Assembly: GCA_012295275.1 (NCBI GenBank) | Contig: CM022679.1 | Location: 2,542,001 to 2,606,000, forward strand | DNA length: 64,000 nucleotides | Reading direction: 5' to 3' | Source of the DNA: Chrysomallon squamiferum | Taxonomy: Eukaryota > Animalia > Mollusca | In this document: one piece after another, positions 1-12,270 of the stretch | Position numbering within the stretch: the first letter of the stretch is position 1 | Layout of the letters: each line of letters starts with the position of its first letter | Notes under the pieces: generated by a model | Seen by the model: only the letters and a program-made list of their open reading frames with translations | What the model was told of the DNA's origin: nothing | Databases searched by the model: none | Program-made: the position numbers and the translations under genes

Positions 1-383
1 AAACAACGGATCACGCTAAACGACCAACACGGGGTCAGAGCCGTTGTGGCTGTCAAAACGTCAGCGTGAGACCAGACGTCAGCAGCATATTTGAAAACGT
101 TGGTGTGGTATGTTACTGATACCCTTAACTCACTTAGAAGAGGTATAATGGCTGACGGAAAGGGCAAATAACTGAAAGAAAATATTAATAAGGTAATAAA
201 TACTGTGTTGATAAATGTATGTAAATGTACGCAATGAACTGGTGTTTGTGTCTGTATATGTTCGTCTTCACAGAAACCCATATGCAAGATTTTTATTATT
301 TATTATTTTATTTTTTTTTGGAACAAATTTCTGTTGATATTGCGAAAAAGAAAAAACGGTTAACAATAATGCCAACAAATTAA

Positions 384-438
<55 letters not shown>

Positions 439-1012
439 AAATAATCATTGTGAAAGATCACTTTATGTGGAGGAGTAGGCCCCGAATGTTAATGTGTACG
501 TTTTTATTCACAGAATTTCCACAATTATGAAATGCTTTTAGAGAAAACAAAAACTCTATAGTCGTACTTGCTGCATATTTAACGGGTGATAACTCTAGTT
601 GTTCATGAACAACAGAACACGAGATGGGACATAATGGATGAATGACAATTAATAATAATCTATAAATCATACATATGATCGTTTCTTTGTTCAAGTCCAG
701 TTTGATTATTTGTTCGTTAGGAATTGTTTTGCAAAGGTCAAATTGTAATTTGTTCTTTCAAAACAACTGTTCATTTGAAATCAGTTGTTTTTATTTTGTT
801 TGGATTGTTACAAAACAATTTTTTTGTTCATTAATCCATTAACATTTTTCGCCTTCAGATATTGTACATTACTATAAAAACGAATGTCTTTTACTTATTT
901 ACGTTCTTATTTGTTTATATATATATATATATTCATTCAAGTTTTAAATTGCTTGGATACAGGAAACAATATTTTCAAGATGGTGATTGAGACATATGCA
1001 ATTATACTTTGA

Positions 1013-1156
<144 letters not shown>

Positions 1157-1376
1157 GACAAACAGCGGCATATCTACGGAAACTAGCAAATATCATTTAG
1201 ATAACTCTACCATAATATAACTGGTTTCTCTGCACAGAATAAATACTAGAATCCGGTCAAAGCACGTACCCTAGGCCTTGCCTCCGATACATAAGATATG
1301 CCATTGCATATGCTTGTTATTTTAGAACAAAAATAAAATTGTTTTTGCTTCTTATATACATTCATTTTAAAATGAG

Positions 1377-1419
<43 letters not shown>

Positions 1420-2149
1420 AAATCAATAAATAATAATAATAAAAAAAAATACAAATAATAATAATAAAATAGAACGATAATAATAGTAATAAAAGAAACA
1501 AATATATATAAATAATAAAATATCATGAAAAAATATAATGAATAGCCCCCCTCCATCACCATCACTAGATCTGCGCCGTCTTTCGACTAAACACAATATA
1601 AATCCTCAATTTTTAATGGAAATAAACATCCATACAAAACCTATTCAGTTGTTTTTTCCTTCTAAATTATTCACGAACGCTGGCTTAGATCTGTTGTAAA
1701 TCTAACCATATCTTTTGCCACTGATGATGTAAAATTCTAACCAAGCGTTATCATTTATCATTTGGAAATAACACGGTTTTATTTGGAAGCCATAATCTAT
1801 CGTTTGGTAGCTAGCACTAAGAAACGTCATTACGTACATGTTTTCTGGCCGCTGTTCAAGAAACATGCGTAGAGATGTCAATCAGCCAGATTATTGATTT
1901 TTCTTCACTCTTGCTTAATGCAGGTGTCGTTAGTAGAACGCAGTAAGCTTCTGAATTCTGCATCTATTTAGAATGACTCACGCAATATATATCAAAGTGC
2001 CACAAAATTTCTGTTTTCAATTCAGTTTAGGCGTCAAAGTTTTGACTTGATAGTCTTTTATTTTGTCATTAATGACTTTTATTATTATTATTATTATAAT
2101 TATTAATGTTATTATCATTATCATTATTATCGTTACCATATTTCTTCTT

Positions 2150-2182
<33 letters not shown>

Positions 2183-3640
2183 GAATTACATAATAATGTA
2201 AAAGCTGGTTTTAACTGATCGGAAATACATGATCAATAACAGTGACACCTTTGAGTACATTTATTTTTAAATTTTACTCATGTAATTATAAAGATGCGGA
2301 GATTGCCTCGTGCATCCATCAAACCTCCCTCCGCATATATGAATAAACTTCTTTTTTTTTTGGGGGGTTAATTTTAAGTCATTTTAAGACTGATACCAGA
2401 AGAATGACTAGGCGTATTTTGTATGAAATTTTAGTTCTGTCCTGTGTGACACACATAAAAGCAAATTTTCCCTGACTTAGATTTAATCTGCTTACGAAGA
2501 AAAGTGGTTTAAACACATTTGTCATGCTAAAACGGGAGACTGAAATACCGACAAACACGATCCTGTATAAAATATACATCCTGACTGATGGGTTGATATA
2601 ACATCCGCGTTGATCGTGTAGAAAGTTTATGGTATATTTTCATTAACTTAATGGACTTTATAACTAAAAGCTTTAGTCGGATGAGAATGCACTTAACTTT
2701 TAAAATCTACTGGTGGAGGTGCAAATTTTGCAATTAAAAACGATAAAATGGATGAGAACAAATTAAGAAATTAATCCTGTATTTAAATGCCATCCATACC
2801 GGAGCATGCCTTCTGAATCATATTATTTCAATAACGTTTCCCTGAAAACTAATCTTTTCTTCAGTTTCACCCACACGTTAATAATGTTACGAAGTGTTTT
2901 TGCAGTAATGAAAGATTGTTCATAAGGTCGTATTAACCATTAAGTGAGTATTTAATGAAGATAAAAAAAAAAAACAGAAGAGAGAATTGTATCGCTATGG
3001 ATTACATGTGACATTCTGTCAGAGTTTGTTTTGTTTTCTATTCGGTTTTAAGAATAAAATAGCGCGAATTCGTTTGTCTTCAGTTTACTTCTTGCTATTT
3101 ATTTATTTTTCAACAACAACAACAACAAAAAATCCAATAAACAACAGCAACTTAAACGAACACCTCCACAGTATAATTTACATTTATATTAAGATCGATT
3201 TTCATTCACGTATTTATTCTTTCCTTCGTTCATTCACTCGTTTTTCGTTCGTTCGTTCGTTCATTTCCAAAAACAAAGAGAAAAAACCCAGAAAAAGTCG
3301 CAAGGTATGGTTACATTTCTGAATACGACTTTACGTCACCAGCATACAAAAACAGTTCTTTCAAAGTAATACAACAAATCTCTCTAATCCCGTATCTCTG
3401 ATACAAGTCTAAACGATTCAATGAATAATAATAAGAAACAAAGAATGACTAGGACGTCAGTTAATGAGCACGACATTCTGTCGGTATCATACGCTAATAA
3501 TGGCGGCCGACGATTTACTTCGTCATTACAGCGAAGATAACTTTCGAGACAAAGTGTGTCTCGTTTGTGAAAAAATAGTCTTCAGATATGCAGAGCTGAA
3601 ATGATGGCAGAATAAAATAATTTAAACATACATTATTATT

Positions 3641-3678
<38 letters not shown>

Positions 3679-4059
3679 TTGCAGTAAATTCCAAAAATAT
3701 CATATAAACATGTAATCTCTTTGGATTATTATTGGGTAAAAAAAAAAAAAAATATAGAAACAATGAATATAGACAATATAATTATGTCTTACCCTAGTAA
3801 TACCCAAATATTTGCTGTAATATCGATGTAAATTTTACTCCGATATCTGAAATTAAAGAAACACAACACATGCATACACACTCACAAAAACACACACACA
3901 TTCAAACAGATATACATCCACATAGACACAAACACTCACATTCACACACATACCTTCACACACTCACAAACACAAACTTACACACTGACACCCTCAAACA
4001 CATATAAAAAAAACAACTATTATTCTATTTATTCGAACGTCTACATTTTCACTTATTGT

Positions 4060-4310
4060 TTCTGTCAGATGGGCGTGTCATGGATTAGACATCTAAAATA
4101 GTCAAACCATGGACAGGGTGAGGCAGTGGCTAGGTCTGTCACGTGACACCCAAAATGTCAAACCGAGGTGGGTAAAATGTCGTCTGCACGTTTGCTTGAT
4201 GACACGGCACCGGTCACGAGCCACTGAACATTTCCACGTTTGATGTTGCACATTTTCGTGTTACGAACACCTCACAGCACGTGCTTGTTGCAGTTAAGTG
4301 CACCAGTTAC
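4060..4310. promoter_or_regulatory. CpG-containing motif-dense regulatory island upstream of BAIAP3
   Basis: A locally GC-richer segment with the perfect palindrome TGTCACGTGACA (4137-4148), further CACGT E-boxes and several TGTCA/TGACA motifs. Confidence 0.4.
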
Positions 4311-5079
4311 TATTAATAATGTACACCATGTTGCTATTAATAGAATACACCATGCTACTATTAATAAAACACTTCAGTTTACGTATTAATAAAATACACC
4401 ACCTTACTGTTAATAAAATATATCAGTTATTATTATTATTATGATTTTGAGTTGTGTGACGTGAGTTTAAGTATGTTTGGTTCCATCTTTATTTGTATGT
4501 GTGGTGTATGTAGGTATGCTGGTAGGTATGTAAGTATGTACGTTTGTGTTTCTAGGAATAAGAATATTTGTCTGTGTACTTCTTTGTACATATATACTGT
4601 ACTACGATCGAGTTTTCTGAGTAAATGTTTTTCTGACTAAATGTGTTTACGAGTTAGTGTATCATGTTTATCTTTGTATGTCCTTGTGTATGTACGTATG
4701 TTTTGTGTGTATGAGTATATGAACGCGTGTTTCTGATAGAGGTTTTTGAGTGTCATAGTGTTGCAGTAGGGCTGCTTGTGTATTCAATGTTTATTTTTTT
4801 TATTTTTTTTTAATATGTTTTTTAAAATATCACATTTGTATCGTTTTACGTGATGCTAAAAATAAAGCATGCATTATATCGCCACGTTACAAAATGAATC
4901 CATCAACAGAAAACCTGTTAAACTGAATGAAACAGTTATCATGTTTTTCAACTTTTGCATGATGAGCACAAAATATAGCCTACAGGGTACGGATTCAGCT
5001 AAAAACACATACCACTGTTTATCGTTACTTAACACATTTGACTAATTTTCCATTCCCACCAGTATGAAAGGTCAGTGTT

Positions 5080-5142
5080 TTACATTATGTTTTGGATGAG
5101 GACAAGCATCCAGATGTACTGTTTATTATTAATAATTACAAG
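5080..5142. repeat. Left arm of a 63-bp inverted repeat pair (partner 7196-7258)
   Basis: ttacattatgttttggatgaggacaagcatccagatgtactgtttattattaataattacaag matches the reverse complement of 7196-7258 at 60/63. Confidence 0.9.
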
Positions 5143-5170
5143 GAAGCTGCTTCTTTGTTTATTATTAACA

Positions 5171-5456
5171 CATGCCGAGGATTTTTTATCCGAAACTCCG
5201 AAATCGGAAATTTTTTCCGAGCAGTTTTTTTTTTTTTTTTTTTTTTTACATATGTAAATTTTATTTTATGCATAAAAATATTATATTAAAAAAATCTGAA
5301 GACTATCTGAAAATGTTTGTGTATGAAATATAAATAAATCTGTATTTAGACATTGATCTTATGCTAAGGCTAACGCCTTATATTCCAAAATGCGAAAGGT
5401 TCCGAAATCTGATAAACTTCCGGTACACACATTTCAGATAAATGATTCTCAGCTTG
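5171..5456. mobile_element. Degenerate Tc1/mariner (pogo/Tigger-like) MITE
   Basis: Imperfect 25-bp terminal inverted repeats, catgccgaggattttttatccgaaa (5171-5195) versus tttcagataaatgattctcagcttg (5432-5456), match at 19/25. There are subterminal TCCGAAA motifs and TA follows the right end. It resembles Tigger4/MER46-type ends from recollection. Confidence 0.55.
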
Positions 5457-6034
5457 TATAACTTTTACATGTCTTTTTGTAGACATTAAAAATACAAGGA
5501 AAATTAATTCTATCGTTTCTTACCTTTCTTGGAAAATAAATAAAGGACTCTGTGAAAGTTCACCTATCGATGTATTTATCTTATTTCATCACTGCTAATG
5601 TAGACTGCGGTTGTTAAAGTTGAACACGCAAGATGCACCAACCTCAAACCAGTCACCTTATAGTCGTATACTCTTTAAAGTGCACTGTTGGTGAAATGTT
5701 CAAATAATATAAATACATGTTTTTGCCAATAATAAATTATGAAAATTTAGTAGCACGCTCTATAGAGATCATTCGTGTTGATAATAGTTTCTGTTTTGTT
5801 TTTGGTTTTTTGCCATGATTTTATTTAACACATATTAACGTTTAATATTAACAACATCAAATAAAGAATAATAATAAAATAAATATAAAATATGATTTTC
5901 TATGTATTTTGCATTAAAACTGCGTTATTACTTTGTTGTTATTTTCCCCCAATGCTCCCATGCATCCTTATTAACAGTACCTTATTTTGAGACAAATAAG
6001 AAAAGGAAACAAAATGTTTATAAAGTATTTTCTT

Positions 6035-6037
<3 letters not shown>

Positions 6038-6105
<68 letters not shown>
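6038..6105. repeat. (AG)n microsatellite
   Basis: Directly visible. Confidence 0.97.
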
Positions 6106-6108
<3 letters not shown>

Positions 6109-6570
6109 CAGAAATGGCCTGGCACATAAGCAGATCTTATATAACAGGAATTTTATTCCGCATTTTGAAGACATATTGGAAGGATGAAATTTTGCACTTC
6201 AGCCATAACTGTCTAGAACACTTGATTTACATGTATTATTTAAAATATGAAGTAATATATATGTGCATGTCACCTCAAATGAACATTTTCATATCATTTC
6301 TCAGAGGGTTAAAACTAATACTTCTATAATTTATGGCAATACAGTTCAAAAAGTTTCCTTTTTATCGATTAATCTTTACAATTGCCTCTAATAAGAACAA
6401 CAATAAATGCATTTAAAATAATAGGAAAAAAAGATATATTCTTGAAGTTATTTCATTTGTACTCTTCCCAAAACGATAGTTTTCGTTAATCACTTTAAAC
6501 AAGTAAAATTGAATAACGTAAAATGTTTTATTTCAGTGAGGACAAACCCCAAGAGGTTAGGAAAGCCACC

Positions 6571-6818
6571 ATGGCTACTTCCAACGCTACACAGACCGTT
6601 TTGCACACGTCAAGCCTTGCGACGCCACCTACCAGAAGATCAAGGTCGAAGTCGCCTAAAAGACATCGTCAACATTCGGGCCATGATAAATCATCAGAGA
6701 AAGCAGCTTCTGTTCCTAGATATGCAGAAGAACAACCGTGTTTCCCAAGGGAACACCAGAACCCAGAGTAAGTGTTTAATGCATTTTATTATAGTTATTA
6801 TTAACATTTCGGTGGCTT

Positions 6819-6857
<39 letters not shown>

Positions 6858-7032
6858 AAATTAGCAGTAAGGGAGGTAACTCGGAAAGACAGAAAAAATA
6901 TCGACGTAGAGAAGAGAAAATGTATCTTAATTAGTACTATCATGAATACTTTAAGATAGAGAGTAAGATAAAGAACTCAGTAGAGTAACTTCGCGTGCGA
7001 TTATAATACCTACGTTTAACGTTTAAACTTTG

Positions 7033-7069
<37 letters not shown>

Positions 7070-7388
7070 AACAAGAATAAATTTAATGTTCAAAAGAGAA
7101 CATACATTTTTACTAATAAAGATCACTGTTTCACTTTAATGTAAACAAATTATATAAAATAAAATGAATTTCTTTATAAATTTGAAAAACATTTTCTTGT
7201 AATTATTAATAATAAATTGTATATCTGGATGCTTGTCCTCATCCAAAACATAATGTAATAGGTTTTTTAAGTTGTTTTAAAACCTTTATATAATTTGTTT
7301 TCAGTCTAACTTTCTGCTAATTACACAGTGTCATACATATTTCGAAGTCTTTTGTAATAAAACTGTTAAACACTGAATAAAACAAGAA

Positions 7389-7427
<39 letters not shown>

Positions 7428-9079
7428 TTTTTTTTTTTTTTTTTTTTTTTTCTGCTTTGGTGACATGCTTAAGTTGATGATGTTAAAACAACTAAATTCT
7501 CAGATCAGTTGGTGTGCATGAAAATAAAAAATTAGTTTGCTAAATAATTGAATATCTCTTCTGCTGGGAACTCTACCTGACATTTAATATTGAAAATTTT
7601 CTCCACTTGTTGCATAATATGGCCGACTTGCTGATCATTTAATGGCAATGTCGTGTATGTTAAGATAATTTTCAATACAAAATGAATGAATATTTATGAA
7701 ACAATACTTTAGAAGTTCAGAATATTTTACTGTTAACCTCTGCAGTTCTTTTAAATTCCTATTCACGTGAATGAGTAATCTCTTGTGTATTACATCAGAT
7801 TTAAATAAGTCCATAGCTTTGCCTGGTTACTGTCTGTTTCTAACAAGGTTAAAATTGTATCCAGTAGATGGCAGCACATGTATACTTAAGGAAGAGGTTA
7901 AGCTTTATTAAGGTTTGATGTTTTTATAATATTCTTAAGAAAAAAGAAAACCTATGCCACCACTCTGTTAGCTTTGGTATGTTAATAAGGAGCAAATGAT
8001 CTTTTATACAAGATAACACATACCACAGTGTTTGACAGTTTAGCAACAGTGATTGGAATGGGAAAAGGTTGTATCCACATTTTCCTTCTGTGAGTCATAA
8101 CTTGACAGTAAATGGATGATTTTTAATTATTATTATTACTATTATTGTTGTTGTTACTGTTATTATTACATGCTAACATTCTTTCTCAGTATAATAACTA
8201 GAGTAGTCCAAATGGATGATTTTCATTTATTTTATTATTTTAATAATTTTTTCTTTTTTTTTTTTTTTGCTTAATTTGTGTGTGTTTTATTATTTTAATT
8301 GATTTTTTTTTTTTCAACAACTCTAAATGATTAACATTCTTAAACAAATCCCTGGATTAAATTCCCCAGACAGGCGTACTTGAACTTTCAGAGGCTGTAA
8401 GCTAAGTTTATTTAAAATGGTTGATTGAAATCATTTTTGAAATGTCTGCAGTTTATGAGCTAATGTAGATCTTTGTCTTGTTCTAAAATTTCAAAAAACA
8501 ACCTTTGTAAAACTTCATTTATAATTCATAGAATAGTATGCTATCTGTTGAGTGAATTTCAATATTCTTTTCTCTCTTTTTTTTTTTTTGCTGCAGCCAT
8601 TTTTCTGGGATTTTTGTTTTTTAGTTTCTTGTTATATATATATATATAAAAACAACAACACACACTCACATATACAGGCATACACAAATACTCTTGCACA
8701 CAAACATACAGCCATACACAAACACAAACACACTCGTACATACAAGGATACAGGCACACTCAAACATAAAAAATTATAAATTATCTTCAGAACTATTTTT
8801 TTACGTAAGAATACAGACATATTTTCTTTCAGGCCATTAACAGATCAATCAAAAAATGAGAACAACAAAAAAAAGGAACAATCATCAGAAATTCTAATTG
8901 CATGAACGAAAAAAAAGAAATAAAAAAAAAAAATAAAGGAGTGAAAGACAGTAATATGATATATAGTTTAAGCACATTCATGAAATGTGATACTTTGTGG
9001 GTTTGTTTTGTGTTTTGTACGGCAAAGATTTTAATTTAAAAAAAATTTAAATGAAATAATAATAATAAAAACTAAATAA

Positions 9080-9115
<36 letters not shown>

Positions 9116-11385
9116 AATTAAATAATTTAAAAAAAAAAAAAAATAAATAAAATAAAATAAAAATAATAACTAAACAAAAAATTAAAATTAAAAATTAAAA
9201 TTAAAATTAAAAATAAACTAAAATACAATACAAGATTCCACCTTTTCACAAATATCCTTTAAAAGGTAAAATCTAATCAGCACTTTGCAAATATTTAAAA
9301 AAAAATATATAAAAATAAAATTATTCCAAGAAATAATTATTATTTGAACAAACTCTGACCACACATCATATGTAGCTCCGAGATGCAAACAGCTAATTAT
9401 GTCTTGTTAGAAATGTGTCACGAATGTGAGAAGAAAACAAATGACAATCATGCCAGCAGTAATATTTACTTAAATTATGTTGAAAGGGATCAATATTACA
9501 ACTGTTAGTCTCTGTATCAAAGTCAGGTAGAAAAGGCCAATTTATCTGCTAAGTGTCAGAGCTCTGAACAAGCAGATGTCAACTTCTAATTGATTTTTTT
9601 TTCTTCTTCTTCCTTGGAAAATTTTCTTCATATTTATTTTTTATTATTATTCTTTTTTAAAATTTTTACTGTTGTAAAAAAAGATAAAGATTTAATGGTA
9701 ATCATGTGTTTGTTACCAAAAAAAATGTGAAAAAAATGGAGTTATTTTTGGCAAGGTGTGAAACTGAACAAAATTAACATTTTTTTGGTGTGTGTTACTT
9801 GATGTCAGACGTCAGTTTAAAAGGAGTTGTGACAGTCGTTGTTTTTTACTTGCTCACCTTGATGTGGAAATAGACATCATGTACAGGTACGTAAACATTT
9901 ACCTCAGGTATACCTGTTTATATTTTTATTATTTAAGTAAATAAACACTGCTATTCTAAAACTGAACTTTTTGTTTTAATTGAAGTGACATTTTCCAACG
10001 ATTGCCATAGGCTGGAATTTATTAAATCATAAAATGAATGTAACTGAAACATCTTAAGCTTTCATTCAATTTAAAGAACACACAAAAGATGTCTATAATG
10101 TTACTTTATCAGTTTGGATAAAACTTACATAATGATGATTTTTGTCAAAAATTGTGTTAATGTTTGTATAATATTTTAGCACAGAAGTGAATGAGGGTTG
10201 TTAAAATATTGTTAGTACAGGTATCAACATGATGAGTATTTCACTAATGGTGTGCGTGCATCAGTTTGGCTATAACTTTACTAATGAAGATTTTTAATGA
10301 AGAAAACTATTGAATATTATTTGTGTGATACTTTACCATGGAATGAAGGTTTGTTAGAATATTATTAGACTACATAACACAATGCCTAGTTTTTCTTTTA
10401 CAGTGTACACATGTCAATTAAACTTTCCTAATGAAGCTTTTTAATGATGAAAGCTGATTATGTATGTGATACTGTAGCAGGGAAAAGAATGAAGAGTTAT
10501 ATGAATATTATCAAATTACATAACAAGATGGTGTTAGTTTCTCTGACAGTGTACACTCAGCTAATGATATATCTGTGTTCAGAATATCTGTCACAGTCAG
10601 ATGTTATATTTCTGTTTATTATTAGTTGTTTGTTGAACTCTTCATGTAAAATGAATGCTGATGTGAATGCAGAGTAACATCTAATGTAGGTGATGAAATG
10701 AAAGTTGCTGATACTTTATGAACGTCCCTTTAACAGACAGTTAATTTACTCCCTTTGCATGATGTTTCATGTAGGGATGTCTGAAAATGTAAGAAATGGT
10801 AAACAAAGGTTGGTCATGGATTAGATGAAGTATGTCAGGCTTACCTGCTACACATTTGTAAATATTTCTCATTCATTTAATATTTCTTGTGTGTTCTGCA
10901 ACCTCATACACACCAATGAAATTATGCAATATATTTTGATTCATAAACATTTAATTATTTATTTATTATCTTTGTTTGTTTGTTCATTTGTTAATCAGTC
11001 ATTTAATAAATTAGTTAGATAATTATTTGCTTATTAGTTTGTTTGTATAGTGTATGAAATAAATGAAGTATAAATTGAGTTATGTTAGCAATGTGAACTG
11101 CAGTGTTTGTTATTTACAGTGAATCATGTCACCTCTCCCATACAAATTGTAACACAGTGTGCACTGCCAAATCATTCTGTTTGTAGTCAAACGTATTAAA
11201 GTTGAATTAGTGACATTTTAATACTAGTGAATATTTGATGTTGTTTATGATTTATCCCACTTTGTTTTCATTATAGTATGTAACTACTTCAGAAAGTTTA
11301 GAGGAATGGTTCCTTCCTGCCTCACACCTGTTATACATGTGTCGTATTCATGAGTTTTTAAACCTAGTTATCTGTCTTAAAGTTG

Positions 11386-11421
<36 letters not shown>

Positions 11422-11675
11422 TCGTTTATTGACCCCACAGTTTTTGACTCTAAGCTATTTTAATTGTTGTGGATTCATTTCTTACAGGAAAAGAATCTTT
11501 AATCTGAAATCAGTCACATTTCCAGTGACACCTTCACTGTTGACAGTTTTATAAGATCAAACAGCCACAAAATTAAACTTACCCAAGTAGAAATTGATTT
11601 TGTGTGGCATTCTGTCACTTTTAATTCATCTGTAAGAATATCTGAGTAATGGCCTGCAGTTGTTTTTTCCCTTTA

Positions 11676-11756
<81 letters not shown>

Positions 11757-12231
11757 CTGTGTCTCTGTATTTATTGCCTTGATGTATCCAGCTTATTATT
11801 TTCAGGACTAATGTGTTCTGTAGTGGTACTTACACACATGTTGCCCTTAATTTAAAATTGTGTCCTTTGTGTCAGCATTGATGATGCTTTCTCTAAACTT
11901 CTTAAAATGGCTGTCACTTTAAAATTGAATGATTGACACTTGAGGTTGCTTAAAACATGCTCTGCAGAATGTCAAGGGATTTGACATTCAAACTCTTATT
12001 GAGTTTCTTTTTATCCATTTTCAGTGTAATTATTTACTCAAATTTGATGTTTTGTGTGGTAAATAATTTATAAAGAAATAAAAGTTACATTGTTGAGGGG
12101 GGGAGAAAGAAACATGTTGTATTTTTGTAACAAACTTTTAAGATTTTGGAAATACTTTAAAATGGTTAAGGAAAATCTGACACTGCTTTATATTTCCTAC
12201 CTTTTATTGTTATTGTTATTGTTATTGTTAA

Positions 12232-12270
<39 letters not shown>

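Noticed and set aside
1-198. GC-richer start of the window ending in aag|gtaata, a possible upstream BAIAP3 5' exon
   Set aside because: It is truncated by the window edge and contains only a 7-codon ATG ORF; it cannot be supported without transcripts.
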